This document shows positions 1 to 8,621 of a DNA stretch of 64,000 bases, piece after piece (position 1 is the first letter of the stretch; the number at the start of each line of letters is the position of its first letter). The notes under the pieces are model-generated. The model made no database searches. It had not been told where the DNA came from and was given only the letters and a program-made list of their open reading frames with translations. Source of the stretch: Myxococcota bacterium (GTDB lineage: Bacteria > Myxococcota_A > UBA9160 > JAFDDA01); NCBI GenBank assembly GCA_965228475.1, contig OZ245817.1, positions 3,072,001-3,136,000 of the forward strand, given 5' to 3'. The translations under genes were made by a program, and so were the position numbers.

Positions 1-501
1 CGCGCGCGCGCCCTGGTGCTCGGTGCGCTCCACCGGGGCCCCCTCGCGCTCCGCATCCGCGAGCGGCGTCCGGCACCAGGGCAGGAGCGTATCCGGGAGC
101 GCGTCGCGGGCGAACCAGGAAGCCGCCAGCGACTCCCGCGTCGCGCGCGGGCTGCCGGAGACGACCCGCGCACGGTAGACGCGCACCTCGTGGGGCTTGA
201 AGCCGGTCCGCACGTAGGTGCCGACGAGCGAGGCCACTTCGATCTCGACGCCGATCTCCTCCCGGACCTCGCGGGCGAGGGCCTCGGCATCCGCTTCGCC
301 GCGCTCGACGTGGCCCCCCGGGAGTTCCCAGCCGTTCAGGTCGTGGCGCAGCGAGAGCAGGACGCCCTCCGGCCCCTCGATCACGGCCTGGACGATCGAG
401 AGGGGACGCCCGCCGGGCTTCCGCCCGAGCTTGGCGGCGAGGAAGACCTGGGCCCAGACGATGGGCGCCGTCACCGCGGCGAACAGGCCGCGTAGCGTCA
501 T
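1..501 (-). CDS. NUDIX hydrolase (3' end runs off the window)
   Basis: My translation from ATG 501: MTLRGLFAAV...WELPGGHVERGEADAEALAREVREEIGV contains the Nudix box GX5EX7REUXEEXGU. Not in the ORF track because there is no stop in the window. Confidence 0.88.
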   Translation of the reverse strand, partial: MTLRGLFAAVTAPIVWAQVFLAAKLGRKPGGRPLSIVQAVIEGPEGVLLSLRHDLNGWELPGGHVERGEADAEALAREVREEIGVEIEVASLVGTYVRTGFKPHEVRVYRARVVSGSPRATRESLAASWFARDALPDTLLPWCRTPLADAEREGAPVERTEHQGARA

Positions 502-531
502 GGCAGGCTCAACCGGGGCCGACGACGGCGA

Positions 532-1413
532 TCAATCGATGATCTTGTTGAGCGGGAACTCGACGATGCCCTTGGCGCCGGCTTCGGAGAGCTGCGGGAG
601 CAGCTCGCGCACGAGGCGCTCCTCGATCACCGTCGTCACCGCGACCCAGGTGTCGTCGGCCAGGGGCGCGATGGTCGGCTTCACGAGGGCCGGGAGCAGC
701 GCGAGCACCTTCTCGAGGTTCGCGCGCGGCGTATCCATCATCAGGCCGACCCGGTCCGCCGCCGCGATGGCACCGCGCACCAGCATGAGGATCCGCTCCA
801 TCTTCTGCCGCTTCCACGGGTCCGCTGCGGCCTCTTTGTTGGCGATGAACCGGGGCGTCGAGACCAGCACCGTATCGAGCACGGCCAGGTTGTTCGCGCG
901 AAGGCTCGATCCCGTCTCGGAGACGTCGACGATGGCGTCGGCGAGCTTCGGGGGCTTCACCTCCGTCGCGCCCCAGGAGAACTCGATCTCGGCGTTCACG
1001 CCGTGCTTCTCGAGGTAGCGGCGGGTCATTCCAACGGCCTCGGTGGCAATCCGCTTGCCCTCGAGGTCCTCGACCTTCGTGATGGGCGAGCCTTCCTTCA
1101 CGGCCAGCACCCAGCGCACCGGGCGATAGTTCGACCACGGGGCGCGCAGGTCGGCGAGCTCGTCGACGTCGGCGCCGTTCTCGAGCACCCAGTCGATGCC
1201 GGTGATCCCCGCGTCCATCGTGCCGTTCTCGACGTAGCGCGCCATCTCCTGCGCACGGATCAGGATGCACTCGATGTCGGGGTCGTCGATGTTCGGGTAG
1301 TAGGAACGCCCGGAGACGTCGATCCGGAAGCCGGCCTTCGCGAAGAGCGAGACCGTCGTGTCCTGGAGGCTTCCCTTCGGAATGCCGAGCTTGAGCTTCT
1401 TGGCTTCGCTCAC
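532..1413 (-). CDS. hisG: ATP phosphoribosyltransferase (long form)
   Basis: [47 protein letters not shown] and a C-terminal regulatory domain; GTG start overlaps the hisI stop (GTGA). Confidence 0.96.
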   Translation of the reverse strand: MSEAKKLKLGIPKGSLQDTTVSLFAKAGFRIDVSGRSYYPNIDDPDIECILIRAQEMARYVENGTMDAGITGIDWVLENGADVDELADLRAPWSNYRPVRWVLAVKEGSPITKVEDLEGKRIATEAVGMTRRYLEKHGVNAEIEFSWGATEVKPPKLADAIVDVSETGSSLRANNLAVLDTVLVSTPRFIANKEAAADPWKRQKMERILMLVRGAIAAADRVGLMMDTPRANLEKVLALLPALVKPTIAPLADDTWVAVTTVIEERLVRELLPQLSEAGAKGIVEFPLNKIID

Positions 1414-1796
1414 TTTCCGTAGACCTCCTTCGGGTCGAACACCTGCTCGCCGTCGTCGACCCAGCCGCCGTCGCTCTCGTAACGGTAGAAGCACGAGCGC
1501 TTGCCGGTGTGGCACGCGGCCCGGCCCTTCTGCTCCACCTTCAGCAGCACCGCGTCGCCGTCGCAGTCGACCCGGAGCTCCTTCAGGATCTGCACGTTCC
1601 CGCTGCTCTCGCCCTTGTGCCAGAGCTCGTTGCGGGACGTGCTCCAGTAGACGACCTCGCCGCGGGCGAGGGTCTCGTGCACGGCCTTCTCGTTCATGTA
1701 GGCCACCATCAGGATTTCACCGGTGGCGTGATCCTGGGCGATTGCCGTCACGAGGCCACCGCGTTTTTCGAAGTCGAGAGCGGACAGGGCAGTCAT
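1410..1796 (-). CDS. hisI: Phosphoribosyl-AMP cyclohydrolase
   Basis: [26 protein letters not shown] and [10 protein letters not shown] motifs. Confidence 0.96.
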   Translation of the reverse strand: MTALSALDFEKRGGLVTAIAQDHATGEILMVAYMNEKAVHETLARGEVVYWSTSRNELWHKGESSGNVQILKELRVDCDGDAVLLKVEQKGRAACHTGKRSCFYRYESDGGWVDDGEQVFDPKEVYGK

Positions 1797-1859
1797 GGGG
1801 GCGGGAAGCTACCGCGGGCCGGGCGCGGCAGCCAGCGACGCGTTGGCGCGGCTCGGGAC

Positions 1860-4481
1860 CTAGCGGCGCCGCAGGGCCGAAGCGAGACGCTGGCGGAGCC
1901 CCTCGAGCTCCTCGAAGCGCGGTCCCCGCGCGAAGTACGGCTCGCGCCGCCGCTCGCGGCCCTCGGCGGGCGGCCGCTCGAGGACCCCCCGGTCGAGGAG
2001 CAGGGTGAACGCGTTCCCGAACGTCACGGGGTTCGACGCCTCGCGCCGGTCGAGCTCGCCGAGGAGCTGGCCGCGCTCGAACTGCGCCTCGGCCGCCTTC
2101 ACGAGCGCCTTGCGCCCGATCGGCTCCTCGATCGTCGCCGCCGCACCGAACCCCGCCGTGTAGGCCTCGAGCATGCCCCGGGTCTGCTCCGCCAGGAACT
2201 CGAAGTAGTCCCGCGACTTGTCGACGGGGACGTAGCGGTCGCCCTCCCGCGTGAGCCGCCCGGTGCGCTCGAAGTGGTCGAGGAAGGCCTCGAGGTGGGC
2301 CGCCATGACCTCCCCGCGCGGGACGAAGTACTCGGCGTAGAACAGGTCGAGCCAGGAGGCGAGGTCTTCCCGGAGCTCGGCCAGGGTCGCCCCCGGAAGC
2401 AGCCGCCGCGCCAGGAAGCTCGGCGCGGCGAGGTAGTGCACGATCGCGTTGCGGTAGAGCTCGAGGGCGCGGCGGTGCGATTCCTCGAAGTAGAGGACGT
2501 CGCCCCGCGGGTCGTCCGCATGCTTCACGAGATCCGCCTTCAGCAGGAACTCGATCGCCTCTTCGAGGTCGTCCGGTCCGGTGAGTGCGTCGGTCAGCTT
2601 CACGTCCTGGAGCTGGAGGAGCTCGACGACCTGCTGCATGCGGGTCACGAGCTCGGCGCGCAGATGCCCGCGACGCCCGGCGCCGAGCAGGGCGCAGGCG
2701 GACACGGAGGTCGCGTTGGCGGCCGTCGCCCAGTTGATCCGTTCCACCACGCGGAAGCCGACGGTCTCGACCACGTCGCGCAGGCCCTCCGCCGCTTGCG
2801 GCGAATGGTCGAAGTCCACCAGGCTCTCGCGCCGGTCGCCCATGGTCTCGGCCAGCGAGAGCGGCTCCCCGAAGTTCACCCAGACCGTTCCGAAGCGGCG
2901 CTTCAGGAACTTCCGCGCCCGGACCAGGCCGAGGACGCTCTCTTCCTTCTTCTCCCCGCCCTCCTGCTCCTCGATCATCGAGCCCTCTTCGACGAGGCGT
3001 TCGTAGGTGATCGAGATCGGCACGAAGAACAGGTCGCGGCGCTTCGTGCGCAGGAAGGCTTCGGCGTTCCAGGCGATCATGCCGAAACGCGGTGCCAGCA
3101 TCTTCCCGGTGCGGGAGCGGCCGCCCTCGATGAAGAACTCCTGGGTGAACCCCTCCGAGACCAGATAGCCGAGATAGGCGCGGAAGATCTCCTTGTAGAG
3201 CGGGTCGTCGAAGCTCTTACGCAGGAAGAAGGCACCGGCCCGGCGGAAGATGAAGCCGAAGGGGCCGAAGGCCATGTTCTCCCGCGCGCCGATGTGGGGC
3301 GGGACGAGACGCCGGTGGTAGAAGAGCCAGGAGAGGATCAGGAAGTCGAAGTAGGAGCGGTGGCTCGGCATGAGCACGATCGGGTGGTTGCGCGCGTACT
3401 CCGTGACCTTCTCGAGGCCCGTCACCTGGATGCCGGCGAACATGCGATTGAAGATCGTCGTGACGACGACGTTCAGGATGGAGAGCGCGCCCGAACTCAT
3501 GCGCGCGGCGATCTCGCCGAGCATCTTCTCAGCCTGGGCCATGGCCCGGTCCGTCGAGATTCCCTTCTCCTGGGCGCGGGCGGCGATGGCCCGCTGCACC
3601 TCCGGCCGCGTGAGCACCTCCTCCTGGACGCGCTGGAGCGAGCGGACCGGCGGCCCGACCACCACCTTCTCCTCGCGATACAGGAAGATCATGATCGAGC
3701 GGCGCACCTTGCGCGCGAGGGTGGCGACGCCCTCGGAGCGGCGCTTCTCGACGAAACGGTGGAGCTCGATCGGCTCGCCCGTCTTCACGTAGAGGCCGCG
3801 GTAGTTGGTCAGGAACGAGGTCACCTTGGCGAGGTCCGAGGGCCGGGTGCGGGCCCCGTAGCCGAGGTTCAGGAAGCGGCGCTCGTTGCGGGGCCCCTTC
3901 CGCCAGAAGAGCGCGAGGGGCACGACGTAGACCGGCCGGTCGGCCGTGCCGGTGGCGCGGACGGTCTCTTCGAGAAAGTCGAGCTCCTCCCGCCCCTGCT
4001 CGACGGCCCGCTTGCGGGACCAGAGCTGGCTGCGGACCCGCTTCGTGCGCAGGAACAGGAAGAGGGAGCGGCCCGACTCCACCAGGGACGAGACGGTGCG
4101 GAGCTGCTCCGCGTGGAGGCCGCTCGCGAGCAGGTGACGGCGCTCGCGCCAGCTGCGGACCGCGGTGCGCAGCGCGCGCCAGACCGGCCCGTAGTAGAAG
4201 AAGTGGATCCCGTTCGCGAACTCCGACGTCCGCAGCCCGAAGCGCAGGAAGAGCGTGTTGAAGAGCATGTAGTCGAGCCGGCTCGCGTAGCGCATGACGT
4301 ACACGACGGAGCCGCGGCTCTCGAGCTCACGCAGGCGCTCGACGGACTCCGGATCGATCTCGATGTGCTGGAAGAAGCGCCGCGCGAACCAGCGGAAGAA
4401 CCAGTTGTAGCGGTCGGTCATCGCCGAGAGCGGGTCGGCGCGCTCCGAGGTGGGCTCGGTCTGGGCTCGTTGGCTGAGCAT
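1860..4481 (-). CDS. plsB: Glycerol-3-phosphate O-acyltransferase (PlsB/GPAT family)
   Basis: HRSYFD (HX4D), GAFFLRK, FFIEGGRSRTG, PISITYE; 873 aa. TACCTT lies 7 nt before ATG 4481; an alternative ATG is at 4421. Confidence 0.88.
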   Translation of the reverse strand: MLSQRAQTEPTSERADPLSAMTDRYNWFFRWFARRFFQHIEIDPESVERLRELESRGSVVYVMRYASRLDYMLFNTLFLRFGLRTSEFANGIHFFYYGPVWRALRTAVRSWRERRHLLASGLHAEQLRTVSSLVESGRSLFLFLRTKRVRSQLWSRKRAVEQGREELDFLEETVRATGTADRPVYVVPLALFWRKGPRNERRFLNLGYGARTRPSDLAKVTSFLTNYRGLYVKTGEPIELHRFVEKRRSEGVATLARKVRRSIMIFLYREEKVVVGPPVRSLQRVQEEVLTRPEVQRAIAARAQEKGISTDRAMAQAEKMLGEIAARMSSGALSILNVVVTTIFNRMFAGIQVTGLEKVTEYARNHPIVLMPSHRSYFDFLILSWLFYHRRLVPPHIGARENMAFGPFGFIFRRAGAFFLRKSFDDPLYKEIFRAYLGYLVSEGFTQEFFIEGGRSRTGKMLAPRFGMIAWNAEAFLRTKRRDLFFVPISITYERLVEEGSMIEEQEGGEKKEESVLGLVRARKFLKRRFGTVWVNFGEPLSLAETMGDRRESLVDFDHSPQAAEGLRDVVETVGFRVVERINWATAANATSVSACALLGAGRRGHLRAELVTRMQQVVELLQLQDVKLTDALTGPDDLEEAIEFLLKADLVKHADDPRGDVLYFEESHRRALELYRNAIVHYLAAPSFLARRLLPGATLAELREDLASWLDLFYAEYFVPRGEVMAAHLEAFLDHFERTGRLTREGDRYVPVDKSRDYFEFLAEQTRGMLEAYTAGFGAAATIEEPIGRKALVKAAEAQFERGQLLGELDRREASNPVTFGNAFTLLLDRGVLERPPAEGRERRREPYFARGPRFEELEGLRQRLASALRRR

Positions 4482-4643
4482 CGGCGAGAAGGTACACCGC
4501 GGCCGCGTTCGCCGCTCCCACCGCGCGTTCAGGGGCGTGCGACGGACGAGCGCCCGTCGTCGGATGGGGCGTGCCGCGCGGCTCCCGCCGAAGGCCGACG
4601 GGAGCCGCGCGCAACCCCTTGGTTACGCCGGAATCTCGCCCGG

Positions 4644-5495
4644 CTAGGCGAGGATCTCGTCGATGCGGGCCGCGATCTCTTCGGGGTCCCAGCGGCCGCC
4701 GTCTTCGGTCTTGGTGACACCCTGGGTCCGCACCATGCGCATCTCGGAGATCGTGCCGCCCCCGACGAAGAAGATGCGCTTGGTGATCTCCTTCGAGAGG
4801 TCGCTGCCGAGGTAGCAGATGAGCGGCGAGATGAGCGCCGGGTCCATGCGCTCCTTGATGTCGTCCTTCTGGAACATCGCGAGGTCTTCGGTCATGCGCG
4901 TGAGCGCGACCGGCGCGATGCCGTTCACGCGGATCCCCGCGCGCTGGCCCTCGATGGCGAGGCAGCGGGTCAGCCCGGCGATGCCCGCCTTCGCCGCGCC
5001 GTAGTTCGTCTGGCCGAAGTTTCCTTCGAGGCCCGAGGTCGAGGACGTGTTGATGATCGAGCCGCCCTCGCCGCGCTCCTTCATGTGGTTGAAGACCGGC
5101 TGGGTCACGCAGTACGCGCCGCGCAGGTGCACGGCGACGACGCTGTCCCACAGGTCTTCGGTCATCTTCGCGAAGGTCTTGTCGCGCAGGATGCCGGCGT
5201 TGTTCACGAGGATGTCGACCTGGCCGAAGGCGTCGAGGGCGGACTTCAGGATGCCCTGGCCGCCGTCCACGGTCGCCACGTTGTCGTAGTTCGGCGCGGC
5301 TTCGCCGCCCGCCTCCTGGATCTCCTTCACGACCTGATCGGCCATGGCGGAGCCGCCGCCGCTGCCGTCCCGCGTGCCGCCGAGGTCGTTCACCACGACC
5401 TTCGCGCCTTCCTTCGACAGCGCGAGCGCGTGCTCGCGTCCGATGCCGCCACCCGAGCCGGTGACGATCGCGACCTTTCCATCCAGCAAACCCAT
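4644..5495 (-). CDS. SDR family oxidoreductase (MFE-2/hydroxyacyl-CoA dehydrogenase-like)
   Basis: TGSGGGIG, VVVNDLGG, NNAGILRD, NFGQTNYGAAK (YxxxK); GAGGAG SD. Confidence 0.92.
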   Translation of the reverse strand: MGLLDGKVAIVTGSGGGIGREHALALSKEGAKVVVNDLGGTRDGSGGGSAMADQVVKEIQEAGGEAAPNYDNVATVDGGQGILKSALDAFGQVDILVNNAGILRDKTFAKMTEDLWDSVVAVHLRGAYCVTQPVFNHMKERGEGGSIINTSSTSGLEGNFGQTNYGAAKAGIAGLTRCLAIEGQRAGIRVNGIAPVALTRMTEDLAMFQKDDIKERMDPALISPLICYLGSDLSKEITKRIFFVGGGTISEMRMVRTQGVTKTEDGGRWDPEEIAARIDEILA

Positions 5496-5598
5496 GGGGA
5501 TTCTCCTCGCTTGATTGGGGGAGGCCTAGCCTAGCCGAAGCCGGGCGGCCGCGTGGCGCGGCTTCCGGCCGGTGGGGTTCCCACCGGGGCCGACGGTC

Positions 5599-6459
5599 TC
5601 ACTGGAAGAGGATGGTTCGCAGGTCCGCGAAGGGTTCGAAGCCGAGGCTCGCGTAGAGGCGCTCGGCCGGGGCGTTGCCCTCGACCACCGCGAGCTGCAC
5701 GTGGTCGGCGCGGGCGTCGGCCGCGCGGCGGCACAGGCCCGCGATCCCGCTCCGTGCGAATCCGCGGCGGCGCCGGTCCGGCCAGGTGTAGACGCCCTGG
5801 AGGAGCCAGCCCTCCTCCCGCTGCACGTCGGCGTAGGCCACGAAGACGAGCCGGCCGCCCTCTTCGATCACGTGCGCCCGGGACATGCGGCCCTTCACCC
5901 AGCTCCGGAACCCCTCGGGATCTCCGTGGAAGGGGTCGGGCCGGCCCTCTTCCCGCAGGCTCGCGCGCGCGGCGATGACCAGCTCGTCGAGGTCTTCGGT
6001 GACCGCCAGCCGGAGCTCCGGACTCCCCGGCGAACCCTCGACGGGATTCGCGCCGAGCGCCACGCGGTGGGCGATCTCGCGGCGGTCGACCACCGCCCGG
6101 CGGCCGCGGGTGAGCAGCGCCTGCCAGAGCAGATCCACCCCGCCGGACGGGCTGCGGATCAGGCCCGCCGCCACGTTGTCGAGCTGCGGAACGAGGGCCT
6201 CGATGGCCGCGGGCGTCGCCGCCGCGTCGAGCAGCACGCTCGGCCGCACCGAGAGGATCCCGCAGATGGCATCGCCCTCGTAGGCGGCCGCGAGGGAGCC
6301 CGCGGGCGGGCGGCTCGAGCGCAGCCCGCCGAGGCCCGATCCCAGGCCGCCCAGACGGGAGGCCGCATCGAGCAGCATCAGGTTCGTGGCCGCGTCTTTC
6401 GCGAGATACGAGAGCGCCGCGCTGCGATCGCGCCAACGCAGCCTTCGGACGACGGCCAT
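5599..6459 (-). CDS. GNAT family N-acetyltransferase
   Basis: C-terminal GVYTWPDRRRRGFA (acetyl-CoA motif A) and NAPAERLYASLGF. Confidence 0.85.
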   Translation of the reverse strand: MAVVRRLRWRDRSAALSYLAKDAATNLMLLDAASRLGGLGSGLGGLRSSRPPAGSLAAAYEGDAICGILSVRPSVLLDAAATPAAIEALVPQLDNVAAGLIRSPSGGVDLLWQALLTRGRRAVVDRREIAHRVALGANPVEGSPGSPELRLAVTEDLDELVIAARASLREEGRPDPFHGDPEGFRSWVKGRMSRAHVIEEGGRLVFVAYADVQREEGWLLQGVYTWPDRRRRGFARSGIAGLCRRAADARADHVQLAVVEGNAPAERLYASLGFEPFADLRTILFQ

Positions 6460-6471
6460 GCGCTGCCCGGG

Positions 6472-6687
6472 TCAGTCCAGGACGAGGAGGACGGCACCTT
6501 CTTCGATGCTGTCGCCCTCGTTGACCCGGATTTCGGTGACGTTGCCCGCCGCCGGGGCCTCGACCGGGATCTCCATCTTCATGGACTCGAGGATCACGAG
6601 CTCCTCGCCCTCGGCGACGCCCTGCCCCACCGAGACCTGGATCTTCCAGACGTTCCCCGTGATCTGCGCTTCCACTTCGGTCGCCAT
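6472..6687 (-). CDS. Stand-alone biotin/lipoyl carrier protein (71 aa)
   Basis: LESMKMEIPV biotinylation motif; GGAG SD before ATG 6687. Confidence 0.9.
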   Translation of the reverse strand: MATEVEAQITGNVWKIQVSVGQGVAEGEELVILESMKMEIPVEAPAAGNVTEIRVNEGDSIEEGAVLLVLD

Positions 6688-6862
6688 GCGAGTCTCCGGC
6701 TGCGAGCGGCGCGAGCCGCTGCGGCCCGGTCGCTTCGGGGGACGAGGAATACACGGGCGGAGCCGCCCGTTCAAGCGTCGCGAAGCGAATGCCCTGCCCC
6801 GAGGGCTTCCCCACCGCGTGATGAGCTATCGTGCCGTCCTTCCATCGACCGGCGGAGGATCC

Positions 6863-8386
6863 ATGCTCGAGACCCTGTCCCGGGGCTTCGAGAGCGCTCG
6901 CGAACGGCTCAAGGGCGTCCAGAAGCTCAGCGAAGACAACGTCGACGAGGCCCTGCGCGACGTCCGCAGCTCGCTGCTCGAGGCGGACGTCGACCTCGGC
7001 GTGGTGAAGGACTTCCTCGCCCGCGTGAAGGAGCGCGCCCTCGGCGAGAAGGTCGCGACGCGCGTGCGCGACGCCCAGGGCCGGACCCACCGCATCACCG
7101 CCGGCCAGCACTTCGTGAAGGTCTGCCAGGAAGAGCTCGAGGGCCTGATGGGCCCGGTCGACAGCTCGCTGGCCCGCGGCAAGAACGGCGTCACCTCCGT
7201 GATGCTGATCGGCCTCCAGGGCGTCGGCAAGACGACCGTCGCCGCGAAGCTCGCCCACTACATGAAGACGCGGCAGCAGAAGCGGCCGCTGCTCGTCGCC
7301 GCGGACGTCCACCGCCCCGCCGCCGTGCTCCAGCTCAAGCGCCTCGGCGAGCGCATCGGCGTCCCGGTCCACGCCGGCGTCGAGGGCGCGACCCCGGCCG
7401 GCATCTGCCAGGCCGCGGTACAGCGCGCCCGCACCGAGCGCTGCGACGCGATCATCTTCGACACCGCCGGCCGTCTCGCCATCGACGAAGAGCTGATGGA
7501 AGAGCTCGACGAGATCGAGCGCACCACCCAGCCGGCCAACCGCATCCTCGTGTGCGACGCGCTCATGGGCCGCGACGCCGTGAACGTCGCCAAGGCCTTC
7601 CGCGAGCGCCTCGACCTCGACGGCGTGATCCTGACCAAGCTCGACGGCGACGCCCGCGGCGGTGCGGCCCTCGCCGTGAAGGCCGTGACGGGCGTGCCGA
7701 TCAAGTTCCTCGGGACCGGCGAGGACGTCGAGCGCCTCGAGGCCTTCCGCCCGGAAGGGCTCGCCTCCCGCATCCTCGGCATGGGCGACATCGTCGGCCT
7801 CGTCGAGGACTTCGAGCACGTCGTCGACGAGAAGACCGCCGAAGAGGACGCCGAACGCCTGCTGGCCGGCAAATTCGGCATGGACGACCTGCTGACCCAG
7901 CTGCGCACGATCCAGAAGATGGGTCCGCTGAAGGAAGTCTTCTCGAAGATGCCGATGTTCGGCGGCATGGCCGACCAGGCCGACGACCGCGAACTCGTGC
8001 GCGTCGAGGCGATGATCCAGTCCATGACCAAGGCCGAGCGCAAGCAGCCCGACATCATCGACAAGAGCCGCGCCGGCCGCATCGCCCGGGGGAGCGGCAT
8101 GCAGACCAGCCAGGTCCGCGACCTCGTGAAGCGCTTCGGCCAGATGCGCGACATGATGTCGGCCCTCGGCAGCGGCAAGGGCGGCGGCATGCTCTCGCGC
8201 ATCCCGGGCATGGGGGATCTCGCGGGCGCCGGCGCCGGCGGCATGGACCCGGCGGCGCTGCTCGGCGGTCTTCCCGGCCAGGGGAGCCCCGGCCCGAGCC
8301 GCGCCCAGCAAGCCAAGAGCCGCGCCCGGAACAAGAAGAAGCGCAAGCAGGCCCGGAAGTCCCGCAAGCGGGGGCGCAAGAAGTAG
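6863..8386 (+). CDS. ffh: Signal recognition particle protein Ffh
   Basis: LLEADV, GLQGVGKTT, DTAGR, TKLDGDARGG, SRILGMGD, M-domain SMTKAER...RIARGSG; GGAGG SD. Confidence 0.95.
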   Translation: MLETLSRGFESARERLKGVQKLSEDNVDEALRDVRSSLLEADVDLGVVKDFLARVKERALGEKVATRVRDAQGRTHRITAGQHFVKVCQEELEGLMGPVDSSLARGKNGVTSVMLIGLQGVGKTTVAAKLAHYMKTRQQKRPLLVAADVHRPAAVLQLKRLGERIGVPVHAGVEGATPAGICQAAVQRARTERCDAIIFDTAGRLAIDEELMEELDEIERTTQPANRILVCDALMGRDAVNVAKAFRERLDLDGVILTKLDGDARGGAALAVKAVTGVPIKFLGTGEDVERLEAFRPEGLASRILGMGDIVGLVEDFEHVVDEKTAEEDAERLLAGKFGMDDLLTQLRTIQKMGPLKEVFSKMPMFGGMADQADDRELVRVEAMIQSMTKAERKQPDIIDKSRAGRIARGSGMQTSQVRDLVKRFGQMRDMMSALGSGKGGGMLSRIPGMGDLAGAGAGGMDPAALLGGLPGQGSPGPSRAQQAKSRARNKKKRKQARKSRKRGRKK

Positions 8387-8431
8387 CCCCCGCCGGCGCC
8401 GACGGGAAAAGCCCACGAACTCACGCCGCCC

Positions 8432-8459
8432 TTGCAGGCCTCGCGTGGGTCCATACAAT
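8432..8459 (+). promoter_or_regulatory. Putative sigma70 promoter for the LysM transglycosylase
   Basis: TTGCAG-N16-TACAAT in the ffh/mltD intergenic region. Confidence 0.45.
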
Positions 8460-8621
8460 CGAAGTTGCGAGGCGTTCGCGGTGCCTTCCCCCCAAACCCG
8501 CGCTTCGTGCCGTCGGCCCCCACCGAAGGCGGATCCGAAAAACGTCGAGACGAGCGTCACCCCGAAAGGCCGCATCGCGGCTTGAGCGGAGGCGCCGAGT
8601 TGCCGATCCGGGGGGCGTCCC

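Noticed and set aside
16..495. 159-aa plus-strand ORF
   Set aside because: The opposite strand encodes a clear Nudix protein.
1509..5534. 1341-aa plus-strand ORF and similar very long ORFs (5531-8623, 5572-8829, 8421-11153, 40932-44966, 51405-54323)
   Set aside because: Antisense or off-frame shadows of well-supported genes. Stop codons are rare at this GC content and the translations have no recognisable motifs.
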